Positions 28,192-40,586 of a stretch of DNA of 64,000 nt are shown here, piece by piece. The stretch spans positions 5,632,001 through 5,696,000 of the forward strand of contig CM000152.2 in the NCBI GenBank assembly GCA_000004695.1, read 5' to 3'. Each line of letters opens with the position of its first letter. Position 1 is the stretch's first letter. The notes beneath the pieces were generated by a model. It saw only the letters and a list, made by a program, of their open reading frames with translations. It was not told the DNA's origin and searched no databases. Source of the DNA: Dictyostelium discoideum. Taxonomy: Eukaryota. Both the position numbers and the translations under genes were made by a program.

Positions 28192-31100
28192 ATGGCAGGA
28201 GGACCAATCGGAGCAACAGCTATTTGGGAGAATAGTTTAAAAGTTGCATTGATATGGGGTATTTTTATGTTAATTTCATCATTAACGATTATATTAGTTA
28301 GAATATTAAGAAAGAATAAACCACCCGAACTTAAACTATCACTTCGTTCAAAATTGGAGATATATTTAGCATACACTCATATTGGTGAAATGATAGAATT
28401 TATTCAAGTAGCTTTTAGTATATTTTCAGTATTACTATTTATATATGGTACATACATAACATCAAAAGAACCACCAACATTTTATTTAGTATTAGAAGTT
28501 GTTTTAGTTTTCTTTTTCATTTTACATTGGTCTTTAGATTTTTTCATTTCAAAGGATAAGTAAGTTAATATAATTATATATTTTATTTAAAACCAATAAT
28601 AATAATAATAAAAAATAATAATAATAATAATAATAATAAACATCATCATCATTATTATAGATTAAGATATTTATTTTCATTCTTTTCAATAGTTGATATG
28701 ATTTGTGTTTTACCAATTTTAATTGATATTCAAAGTGGTGATTTTAAAAATCTATTAAATACATTTCAATTCCTAAGAGTTTTAAGAGTAATTAGAATTT
28801 TAAGATTACAAAGAGTACTTCATTATTTTAAAAATGGTTAGTATTTATAAAATAATTAAATAGATATATATAAATGATAGATGATTGAATTTAATTTAGT
28901 ATTATATACAATACTAATTAAATAAATGATGATGATGATGATTGTTATTTTAGAGGTTACAAAATATACATTTAAAGCATTTATAGTTGTATTTTCATTT
29001 ATTATGGTATTAGCAGGATTTTATATGAATGTTGAAGTTCATCCATCAGGAACTCCATTACAATTTCATGAAACTGTTTACTTTTTAGTAATTACATTGG
29101 CAACTGTTGGTTATGGCGATATTTATCCAACTACTGCTTTAGGTCAAATTACAATCACTCTAGCATTAACGATTGGTGCTGGTGTTTTAATTCCATATCA
29201 TATATCAAAATTAATGGAAAAATTACAACAAGATTCTCGTATGTACACCTCTTTTTTTTTATTTTTTTTTATTTTTTTTTCATTTTTTTTTTATACTTGT
29301 ACTAATAATTAAAAAAAAAAAAAAAAAAAAAAGCATTTTTAAGAAATTTATCATCATCATCAATTACAGGACATGTTATATTATGTGGTGATATAACAAT
29401 ATCACATTTATTAGATTTTTTATCAGAGTTTTATCATGAAAGATATGGAAAATTAAAGAAAGAATTGGTAATATTATCACCAAAAGCACCAGATGATAGA
29501 ATTAAAGCATTATTACTTCACCCATTTTATAAGAATCGTTTAATCTATTTAAAGGGATCACCATTATTTGAACATGATTTACAACGTACTAAAATTTCAA
29601 AAGCAGATTCAGTATTTATAACATTACCATCATCTTGGAATTCAGCAGATACAGATAATATTTTATGTTCATATGCTGTAAAAAGTCAATATAAAAATTT
29701 GAAAATATTTTCACATTTAATTTCATCGAAAAATAAGAATAAATCACCATTTTTAAAAGGATCGATTTATGTTGAAGAATTTAGATGTGCAATGTTGGCA
29801 CAATCAATAGTGTGTCCAGGATATAATATTTTATTTTCAAATTTATTTACAAGTAGAACTATACCAACGATGGTATCACATAAATGGTTAACAGAGTATT
29901 ATTATGGTACCAATCATTCGATTTACATAATAAAAGTACCAGAGTTTTTAGTTGGTGAACAGTTGACAGATGTTATACTTTCAATGTATTTTGGTAATGG
30001 TAGTTTATTGATTGGTATAATGGAGCCACAAATTGTAGTCTCTGTTTGTTCTCAACAAGGTCCAAGTTTAACTTCAAGTGGTACCTATATACCAACATCA
30101 CAAAAACCAACAACCTTACCACCTAAATTTCATTTAAATCCACCTCAAACTACAATTTTAACAATAGATATGCAATTGGTATTAATATCACATACTGTAA
30201 ATTTAACAAGTAAACATTCATCAAGAGCAGAGAAAAGACAACAACAAAAACAACAAGAAATTCAAAAAAGAAAAAAAATTCAAATTAATAGTATTGGTGG
30301 TGAATATGATGATGAAAATACTGATGATACTGATTTTCAATCAATGAATGAAGTTTTAAATTTTAATTCAAATTTAACAAATAATAATTTAAATAATAGT
30401 TTAACAAATAATAATAATAATTTAAATAATAATGATGATGATTATAATAATAATAATTTTATAATTAAAATTTATAAAAAAATTAATCAATTTTTTAATA
30501 AATTAGCAGTACCAGATTTAGAATTATTAATTAATGAAGTTGAACAACAAAATAATCAAGAAACTAAAGATCAAGCTATGAATGAATCATTAAAAACTTT
30601 TATAGTTTCAAATAAATCAAAAAATAAAGATAATAATGGTAGTGGTGGTAATGGTAGTGGTGGTAATGGATTTAGTCGTGGTGGATCATCAATGAATTTT
30701 AGAAATAATAGTATGACTGGATTTGGATCATTATCAAGTCCACAATCAATTGATGAGAATCTTGATCAATCAATTATGGAATTCAATAGAGAACACGAAG
30801 AAGAGGAATTAACCTCTAAGGAATTAATAAAATCATTATGTCTTTCAGAATATAATGGTGATTGGATTGCTCTATTAAGTGATATTAGTTCACAAAAAAC
30901 ATCAAATCCAAAGACAGAGGAGATTTTAGAAAGAATTCGATTGGTAATTGATAAACATTCTCTAATGACTTTTACAACTCATGGAAAATTTGGTAAAGGT
31001 AAAAAAGGTTCAAAAAATTCAATGAAAGGTCATATGTTAATCATTTGTAAATCGTTGAGAGGTTTAGATTTATTTTTACATCATTTACGTTTACCTTATA

Positions 31101-31954
31101 TTTCATCGATTAAAACAAATACAATGGCTAAATCTGGTGTTCAACCAATCGTTGTACTCTATAAAGATGAACCACAAGATGAGAGTTGGTTTTCAACTGT
31201 TAAAACGTTACCATTGATTGCATTTATTAAAGGTTCATCATCGAATAATGTCGATCTTGATAAATGTGGTGCAAAAAATGCTGAAACCATTATAATCACT
31301 TCGGATCCATATTATGATCAATCCAATTTATCATCGGCTCAAGAGAATTTAGTAGATTCATTCACATTGATGTCCTATGTCGACGTAATCAAGGTTAATA
31401 GAATCGCAAAGATAACCGTTGAATTAGTACATGAACCAAATATTAGATTTTTAGAGGATAAGAAAATTCAAGCATGTGGTTCCAATAAAAGATTTCATAC
31501 TTATTTACAAGCTAATCAAGAGAAAACTTTCTTAAAACCAGAGTTTTTCTCAACTCCACATTATGCATCGGGTGGTGTTATAACATTCACTGTATTGGAT
31601 TCATTAACTTGTCAAGCTCATAATAATCATTTGATAAAAGATGTCGCCCATGAATTGGCATTTGGTGTAAATGGTTTATCACAATCTTATTCAACATTTG
31701 GTTTATCAAGTTGTGTTAATCAAGATTCAAAATGTTTTAGTAGATTAATTGGTATACCTGCAATGTTTCATGGTAGATCCTATGGTGAAGTTTTAAAATA
31801 CTTTTTACAACAAAAAAATCTTTTGGTTTTAGGTCTTTATCGTTCAAAAATACCAATGAGTGCTCCTGTTGATTATATTTATACTTGTCCACCACCAACT
31901 TGTATTTTACATGAAGGTGATCAAGCTTATGTTTTATCAAATTCACCAATTTAA
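28192..31954 (+). CDS. BK/Slo-like voltage- and Ca-activated K+ channel alpha subunit (6TM, pore, RCK). Exons 28192..28556, 28660..28837, 28952..29238, 29332..31954.
   Basis: The S4-like segment is FQFLRVLRVIRILRLQRVLHYF. The pore has the K+ selectivity filter TLATVGYGDIYP. The long C-terminus has an RCK/TrkA-N-like start, GHVILCGDITISHLLDFLSEF. Donors are GTAAGT, GTTAGT and GTATGT; acceptors are TAG, TTTAG and AAAAAG. All four exons are in phase. Confidence 0.85.
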
Positions 31955-32215
31955 TAAAATAAAAAATAAAAAATAAAAAAAAAAAAAAAAAAAAAATAAA
32001 AATAAATAACCAATTCAACAACAAATAATAAATAATAAATAAAATAAAAAAAAAAAAAGAATATAAAATTTATATTTTTTTTTTTTTAAAAAAAAGCAAT
32101 AAATAAATAAAAAAAAATAAAAAAAAGAAATAATTAAAAATTACTTTTTACCTTTTTTAAAAATTAATTAATAGTATTTTTTAGTTTTTTTTTTTTTATT
32201 ATTTTTTTATTATTT

Positions 32216-33836
32216 TTAAAGTCTTTTTTTAATAATGAAATTATTAATTGGTGGTTGATAAGCAATACCAAAAGAACCTATATCATTTAATGGTTCTAAA
32301 GTTGGATTAATAAATTGATAACGATTTATTAAAGTTGCTAAAACTGTAAAAATTTCACAATCTGCCAATGATTTACCAACACAATCTCTAACACCAGTAC
32401 CAAAATGAACTAAATTTGTTTGACCACCACCAAACATATTATTTGAACCAGTTTCAATGAATCTTTCAGGTATAAATGATTTTGACATTGGAAATGTTTT
32501 TTCACATAAATGAGTAGAGAAAACATTTTGAATGATTTGAGTACCTTTAGCTATTTTATAACCTTCAATTTCAACATCTTCACTTGTAATATGTGGTAAA
32601 CCTATTAAAATAACAGAATATAATCTATAAACTTCTTTCATAACTAATGAAAGATATGGTATTGATGAACGATATAAACTATGTCTAATTACAATTTCAT
32701 CATGACCATCGTCACTTTTTTTAAGATTATTTTTAATTTCATTAAAAAGCTTTTCTTGACAATTTGAATTATTTACAAGAGCAATTAATGTAAAAATTGT
32801 TGAATTTGAAGTTGAATCTACACCAGCTAAAAAAACATCAACACATGTACTAACAACACTAGTCCAACTAATTTTACCATTATGATATTCTTTTAATAAT
32901 TTACCAATTATTGTTCCATCATCATCATCATCATCATCTTCATTTTGTTGTTGTTTCTGTTGTTTTTGTAGTTGTTTATTATTTTTATAATTTTCAATTA
33001 ATTTATTTAAATGATCACATAAAATTGGATAAAATTTAAAAAATTTGTTTTGTTTATAAAATGGTTTTAAAATTGGAATAAAGTCAGACATAATTGGATT
33101 ACCACCATAATGTAAAAATTCGATAATAACATCTACAATATCTTGATTACTTTTGTCTTGATATGAATTATTTATAGTACCAAATAGAAAACGTAATATT
33201 ATATTTAAGGAAAATAATTTAAAATACATATTTAATGAAAATGGTAAACCATCTTGACAATGTTTATCTAATTGTTTACAAAGATTTTCACATTCTAAAA
33301 CTATATGATTTTCCATTTTTTTTATTTTATTAGATGTGATTTCTGTTAAAATTAATTTTTTTAATGTTGAATGAATTTCATCATTTGATCCAATTAAATT
33401 TTTACATCCATTGGCCTCAAATCTACTCAAATGTTGAAATCTTGGTGCAAATATTTGAGAATTTTCAATAAATGCTTTTTTAAATATTGGATAGCCAGTG
33501 AAAACAACTGTTTCAATATTACCTAATCTTATTGAATAAATTACTCCATACTTTTCATACCATTTTTGAAATTGAATATGTGGATCCTTATTAATTTGAA
33601 GTAAATTTCCAAAAATTGGTAATCTAATTGGTCCTGGTATTTTTGAATTAATTTTACTAATTCTATTATTCTTTATTTTTTAAAATAATAATTAATAATA
33701 GTAATGATAGTAACAATAAATAATAATAAATAATATTTTTTTTTTTTTTTTTTTTTTTTAATATTGAATTTATTACATTTTTAAAAAAAATTATTAATGA
33801 TATTATTAATATTAAAATTGAAATATATAAATTCAT
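32216..33836 (-). CDS. Cytochrome P450 monooxygenase, copy 1 of a tandem array. Exons 33836..33777 and 33670..32216.
   Basis: The heme-binding loop is FGGGQTNLVHFGTGVRDCVGKSLA. The EXXR/PERF region is ...IPERFIETG. The N-terminal TM anchor exon MNLYISILILIISLIIFFKN joins through a GTAATA donor and an AAAG acceptor to NNRISKINSKIPGPIRLPIFGNL, the Pro-rich hinge. Confidence 0.85.
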
Positions 33837-33961
33837 TTTTTTTTTTTTTTTATTATATATTTAAATTCAATAAATAATATATGATTAATTTAAAAAAAAG
33901 AATTTATAGAAATGAACAAGAAAAAAAAATTAAATAAAAAATAAAAAAAAAAATAAATAAT

Positions 33962-33995
<34 letters not shown>

Positions 33996-34462
33996 TGGGG
34001 AGATAGAAGGGTTTATTTTATACATGATAACATTTATTACCTTAAATGGAATTATTTTTTAAAAATTTTAATTGGTAGTTTAATTTTTTTTTTTTTTTTT
34101 ATGTTAATGAATAATTATGAATTAAATAATTTTTAAATTTGTTTTTTTTAGATTTTTTTTTTTTTTTTTTATTATTTTTTTTATTTGAATGAAATGGCAT
34201 AAAAAAAAAAAAGTTATAAGACAATTTTCACTAAATTACTCTTCTTTAAAACATTTTTTTTTGTTTATTTAATTAATTTATTTTTAAAAAGTTATTTGAT
34301 TGAATATTAAATAACAATTAACTTGTTTGCGCCAAAATTTTTTTTTTTATTTTTTTAATTTTTGTTATCCTATTTTTAACTTTTATTTTTTTTTATTTTT
34401 TTTTTATTTTTATTTTTTTACTTTTTCTATTTTTTTTTAATTTTTTTTTTTTAACTCCCGCG

Positions 34463-35050
34463 ATGGAAAGAATTCTTTCCATTTCTTTAACACCTGCAAT
34501 GGAAAGAATTCTTTCACTTGAGCAAGAAGCTCAATTAATTCAATGGATTGAAGAAGAGATTGATCTAAACCAAACAGTCACAAAAGATCGTATTAAAAAA
34601 CGTGTTTGCACTATGTTCACTGAAAGAGTTGGCAAACCACGTGATTCTGTTAGTGATGACTGGTGGCTCAATTTTCGTAATCGACATCCAGAGATTAAAT
34701 TAAAGTTAGTGAAATTCCAAGACCTTAAACGTCCAGATGCCGCTAAAACTCTCGATAAAGCTGGTTTTTGGGAGCGTGCATGGGAAATTATAGAAAGAAA
34801 TCGTATTAAACCACAAAATGTGGTTAATATCGATGAAAAGGGTATATTATTTACAAAATCAAATTTCAAGGTAATATTTACATATAAATATTAAAATTAA
34901 TTGCAACACCACCCGAATTGAGGGAACGACTAATAGCACTTCTTGAAATACCAAAGAGATTTGCAATTTCTTGTTGAGTGGAACTATTGTCTTTCTGTGT
35001 ATACATTTTCACAGCGGCTGTCAGATTTACTCCTGAAAGAATTGAACAAA
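34463..35050. mobile_element. Rearranged remnant of a pogo/Tigger-type (CENP-B-like) DNA transposase. The HTH_Tc5 plus DDE_1 start is on the plus strand (34463..34870). The psq/CENPB N-terminal HTH is on the minus strand (about 35050..34895).
   Basis: The plus ORF reads ...DDWWLNFRNRHPEIKLKLVKFQDLKRPDAAK...VVNIDEKGILF, the Tc5 HTH followed by N.DE.G, the first DDE_1 motif. The minus-strand translation at 34895..35050 is ...NLTAAVKMYTQKDNSSTQQEIANLFGISRSAISRSLNSGG, a psq-type HTH that normally precedes the Tc5 HTH on the same strand. The DDE core is missing. Confidence 0.5.
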
Positions 35051-36013
35051 TGTCAAATTCTATTTAAAAATAAAATGTTTTTTTTTATTTATTATTTGCA
35101 CAGTTGTAATATTATAAATATATTAAAATGAAAAAAAAATAAAAAATTTGCCATTTTAAGTTGTCCTTAGTTTGTCATTTATTGAAAAAAAAAATTAAAA
35201 AAAAAATTATTTAATCTGCAATCTATAAAAAATTTCAAAAAAACACAAACGTGCAAAACAGGGCGGGTGTAATTTTTTTTTTTCTCAACTATTGGAATTG
35301 CCATATCTCCTATATTCAGATTAACAAGAAATAAAAAAAATTTAAGTGTTGTTAAATAAATATTTTTTTTTTTTTTTTTTTTTTTAAAAAATTTGTTTGT
35401 TATTTAAAATTTTATTATCATCTTCATTAACATTGTTTTTAATTAATTAATCTGAAAACTATATGATTTAAGTTCGTAATATGCTATTTTTTTTTTTTTA
35501 AATCTTTTTCAAGTTTTTTATTATTTTTCTTTTCTTTTTTTTTTTTCTTTTTTTTTCTTATTTTTAAATTATTTTTTTTTTTTTTTTTTTTTTTTTAGAT
35601 ATTTGACTCTATTTTTATTATTGGTTAGAGAAAACAATTTAACATAAAATTTTTTAATTAATATTAATTTCAGATAAAAAAGAAAAAAAAAAAATGTTCA
35701 CAGAAGTTATTGTATTATTTATTTTTTTATTTTATTATTTTCATTATTAAAACTTTTTTTTTCTTGTTTATTTATTTTTTTATTATTTTTTTTCCAATTC
35801 TATTATTATAAAACTCCTTTTTATTATATTTTTGTGTACCTTAATAATAAATCACATACATTTACACAAACATACAATTTAATTAAAAAAATTGGTCAAA
35901 AAAAAAAAAAAAAAAATGATCACATTCATTCCATTTAACTATTTCCAAGAAAAAAAAGGAAAATTTTGTTTATTTATTTAGTTATTTTTTTATTTTTTTA
36001 TATAAATATAAAT

Positions 36014-37465
36014 TTATTTTCTTTTTTTAATAATAAAATAATTATCAGGTGATTGATTTGCTAAACCAATTATACCATTTTCATTTAATGGTTTTGAAAG
36101 AACAGGATTTAAAAATTGATATCTATTAATAAGTGTTCCTAATACTGTAAATAATTCACAATCAACAACATTTTTACCAATACAATCTCTACTACCTGCA
36201 CCAAATTGTACTAAATTTGTTGTACCACCACCAAACATAAAATTATTACCACTATCTGAAAATCTTTCAGGATTAAAATCATTTGGTGATTTAAAGAAAT
36301 CTTTTGATTTATGAGATAAGAAAATATTTTTAAATACTTGAGTACCTTTTGAAATTTTATAACCATTTATTTCCATATCTTGAGTTGTAATAATTGGTAA
36401 ACCTAATAAAGCAACTGGAAAATTTCTATAAGTTTCTTTCATTACCATTGAAAGATATGGTATTGATAAACGATATAAACTATGTTTTAAAATAATTAAA
36501 TCATCAATATTATTATTATTATTATTTTTTAATAATTCATTTTTAATTTCATTATAAAGTTTTTCTTGACAATTTGGATTATTAATTAATGCAATTAATG
36601 AAAAATTTAATGAATCTGAAACAGTATCAGTACCACCAACAGTTAAATCAACACAAGTACCAACTAAATTATCCCATGTTATTTTACCATTTTTAAATTC
36701 TTTAAATAATTTTAAAAATATTGTTATATTATTTTCATCATTATCATCATCATAATTATTTTCAATGAATTTTAATTTTAAATTATTTATAATATTTTCA
36801 ATTAAAATTATTAATTTTTTATAAATTTTTAAAAATTTATTTTGATTAATATTTTCAAAATATTTTACTAATGGTATAAAATCAGAAATTATTGGATCAC
36901 CAGCACCTTCAACTAATTCAAGTATTAAATTTATAATTTCAATTATTTTTTCATTATCATATTGATAATTTAAACCAAATAAAAATCTAAATATAATATT
37001 TAATGAAAATAATTTACCATAAAATTTAAATTTAAATGGTAAACCAGATTCACAATGGTTATCTAAATGTTTACATAGTTTTTCACATTCTAAAATTATA
37101 TAATTTTCTTGTTTTTTTAATTTTGTTAATGTCATTTCTGATAATATAATCTTTTTTAAATTTGAATGTGTTTCACCATTGGTAAATGTTAAATCTGAAC
37201 AATTATTAAATTGAATTTTACTACGATATTCATATCTTTTTTGAAAAACATTTGAATTATCAATAAATGATTTCTTTATAATTGGATAACCTGTTAAAAT
37301 TATTGTTTCAATATTACCCATTCTAATTCTATAAATTGGTCCATATTTTTTATACCATTTTTTAAAAACTTTATTTGGATTATTTTTTAATTGATGTAAA
37401 TTACCAATAATTGGTAAACCAATTGGTCCTGGTATTTTTGAATTAATTTTATTAATTCTATTTTT
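36014..37465 (-). CDS. Cytochrome P450 monooxygenase, copy 2. The main exon is given; the 5' TM-anchor exon upstream, around 37560..37650, is not confidently resolved.
   Basis: The heme loop is FGGGTTNLVQFGAGSRDCIGKNVV and the PERF motif is NPERFSDSG. A minus-strand TTTCAG acceptor at 37466 precedes KNRINKINSKIPGPIGLPIIGNL. Overall the gene is colinear with copy 1 at roughly 50% identity. An upstream exon ending FIFEK followed by GTAATA is visible, but I found no in-frame ATG. Confidence 0.75.
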   Translation of the reverse strand, partial: KNRINKINSKIPGPIGLPIIGNLHQLKNNPNKVFKKWYKKYGPIYRIRMGNIETIILTGYPIIKKSFIDNSNVFQKRYEYRSKIQFNNCSDLTFTNGETHSNLKKIILSEMTLTKLKKQENYIILECEKLCKHLDNHCESGLPFKFKFYGKLFSLNIIFRFLFGLNYQYDNEKIIEIINLILELVEGAGDPIISDFIPLVKYFENINQNKFLKIYKKLIILIENIINNLKLKFIENNYDDDNDENNITIFLKLFKEFKNGKITWDNLVGTCVDLTVGGTDTVSDSLNFSLIALINNPNCQEKLYNEIKNELLKNNNNNNIDDLIILKHSLYRLSIPYLSMVMKETYRNFPVALLGLPIITTQDMEINGYKISKGTQVFKNIFLSHKSKDFFKSPNDFNPERFSDSGNNFMFGGGTTNLVQFGAGSRDCIGKNVVDCELFTVLGTLINRYQFLNPVLSKPLNENGIIGLANQSPDNYFIIKKRK

Positions 37466-37468
37466 CTG

Positions 37469-37512
<44 letters not shown>

Positions 37513-37659
37513 TTAAAAACTATAAAAATTTAAAAAAAAAAAAAAAAATTATTTTTTATTACTTTTTCAAATATAAATAAAGTTAAAATTATTATAATAA
37601 TAATTAAAATTAATTTCTTTTTTTTTTTTAAATTAATAACATAAAAAAATCAAAATTTT

Positions 37660-37694
<35 letters not shown>

Positions 37695-37713
37695 ATTTAT
37701 GAAAAAATTTAAC

Positions 37714-37744
<31 letters not shown>

Positions 37745-37799
37745 ATAATAAAATTAAATAAATTAAACCAATTTTTAATATTTTTATTTATTTTAACCC

Positions 37800-37833
<34 letters not shown>

Positions 37834-37929
37834 GTAAATCTATATCTAAAATTATAAATAAACCACTAACCTACTATTTAAATTAATTTTTTATTTATTT
37901 TCTTTTTTTAATTAAAAATTTAACATTTG

Positions 37930-38383
37930 GTGGATGAAGAATAAGACTTAATTTACCTTTATCATTTAAAGGTATTGAAGGTTTTGGATTTTAAAATTCA
38001 TATCTATTAATTAGAGTTGCTAATAATGTAAAAATTTCACTGGTTGCTAAAGATTTACCAATACAATCTCTATTTCCAAGACCAAATTGTACCATATTTG
38101 TATCACCACAACCATAAATAAATTTATTACCACTTTCAATATTTCTTTCAGGTATAAAATGATTTGGTAATTTAAAAAAATCTTCATGTCTATGTGATTG
38201 ATAAAAATTTTTAATAATTTGAGTACCTTTTTTAATTTTAAAACCATCAATTTCAATATCATTATCTATTAAAACTGGTAAACCTAATACACCAACAGGA
38301 TATAATCTATAAACTTCTTTCATAATCATTGAAGGGTAAGTAATTGATGAACTATAATTACTATTTTTAATAATTAATAAATC

Positions 38384-38426
<43 letters not shown>

Positions 38427-38465
38427 TTATTATTTTTATTATTATTATTATTATTTAGAGATTCT

Positions 38466-38560
<95 letters not shown>

Positions 38561-39250
38561 TAGAGATTCTTCATTATTATTATTATTATTAAAAGATTCC
38601 TCACTACTATTATTATTAATTAATGATTTTTGAATTTCATTATAAAGTTTTTCTTGACAACTTTGATTATTTGTTCATAGAATTAATGAAAATATAAGTG
38701 TATCACTACTTGTATCCGTACCACCAATACAAAGATCACAAATATATTATCCCAATTTAATAAACCATTATTAAATTCATCTAATAATTTCACAACTATT
38801 GATTGATTTTTATTTTTATCAATTATACCATTTTCAATTTGATTTTCCAAATAGTAAACAAAGAATTATATATAATGAAAAATGTTTTAAAAAATCATAA
38901 ATTGATATACCATCACCAAGATGTAGAATTGATTCATCATTTATTGTTTTATCAATATTATTACATAATTTTTCAACTTGTAATAAAATATAATTTTCAA
39001 TTATTTTAACTTTTGTTTAAGTTAATTCTGAATGAATTATTTTTCTTAATAATTTATATTGTTCACCATTACATATTAATAAATTTGAATTATTATTCAT
39101 TTTAATTTTACTTGAAAATTGATATCTATTTGAAAAAATTGTTGGATAATCTTTAATTGATCTTTTCATAATTGGATAACCAGTTAAAACTACAGTTTCA
39201 ATAGATCCAAGTTTAATTTTATAAATTGGACCAAATTTTTCATACCATAA
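37930..39250 (-). pseudogene. Cytochrome P450 pseudogene, copy 3 of the array.
   Basis: The C-terminal ORF is intact (heme loop YGCGDTNMVQFGLGNRDCIGKSLA) but ends RYEF* at a TAA where the paralogs read RYQF(L/I)NP. A (AAT)n expansion of about 250 bp (38385..38575), encoding roughly 80 Asn, lies inside the K-helix region. Upstream homology (38650..39250) contains an in-frame stop (TGTTCATAG) and a deletion causing a frameshift relative to copy 2. Confidence 0.7.
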
Positions 39251-39251
39251 C

Positions 39252-39298
<47 letters not shown>

Positions 39299-40332
39299 AA
39301 ATTGAATTACTTTTTTTTATTATATTTCAAAAAGTGGTCAATATCTATATTTGAATCTATACTTCAATAAATTAATATATTTATTATTTAAATAAAACAG
39401 TTTTAAAACCTCTTTTCCCAAACTATTGGTGGTTTTAAAAAAAAAAAAAAAAAAAAAATTAATTTTTTTTTTAATTTTATTTTCCCACTAAGACTTTTTT
39501 TTGAAAATAATAAATAATTAATAATTTGAGAGATAAAAATCTATTGATATAAGGGAATTATAGATTTTGATATAGGGTTTTATTTTTTTTTATTTTTTTT
39601 TTTTTTTTTTATTTTTTTTTTTTATATAAAATTAAATTATATATTTTTTAATATTAATGGTTTAGAATATCAAACCTATTTTAAGAGGCAAAGTAATTAT
39701 GAAATATATAATTTCATAATTACTCATCATGATATTTGCCAAACTCTTCCCAAATTTAATGTGATGGCAATATTGATCATAATAAATAAAGGAACATACA
39801 ATTAAAAAAAAAACATTAGTTTAATATTTTTTTAAACCAAATTGATAATCATAGTTTATCAACATTAAAGCAAGTAAACTATAATTAATAGTTTTATATA
39901 TGAATTTTAATGTATACAAACACACGAATGTTGCAAATCTTGAATCAAAATATATAAAACTAAAAAATTATTATTATAATTGTTGTTTGGTTATTTCTTT
40001 ATTTCTAAACATATACTCAATTAATAACTAATAAATTGTAGAAATAAAAGAAAATTGTTGTAGGGAATTTTCAATAAAATTTCACTACAGTAGCGTAGTG
40101 AATTTTATTATTTAATTTCACTACAGTAGCGTAGTGAAAAAAAAAAATCACTGACCCTAAATTTTTTTTTTTTCAAAAAACAAATAAAGTTTATTAAATT
40201 ATTATCTTTTATTTGATTATTAGTTCTATATAAGTTTTTTTATTTTTTTTTTTTTTTATTTTATTTTTTTTTTTTTTTATTTTATTTTTTTTTTTTTTTT
40301 TGCGCCAAAACTTTTTTTTTTTTTCCCCAACA

Positions 40333-40367
<35 letters not shown>

Positions 40368-40586
40368 TTTCATTTTCCCAAAATGAAACAAGATAAAATA
40401 AATGAAATTATAAATTATTTAAAATTTATTGAAGATAATAATTTTGAAAATACTAAACATAAAAATTATAAATTTTTACATGATGAGTAAATATTTTTCC
40501 TTACAATAACACAATCATTTTTTAAATTCTGACCAATAAAAAACAGAAACAGAAAAGAAAAATTATTTAGAATTGAAAAAAAAGTC

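Noticed and set aside
34320-40330. Shared motif TTGCGCCAAAA(T/C)TTTTTTTT at 34327 and 40299, near the pogo remnant and inside the left end of the DDT-like transposon.
   Set aside because: It is a single short match embedded in T-rich low complexity. It is not enough to claim a common terminal sequence or regulatory element, but it is worth a k-mer check against the genome.
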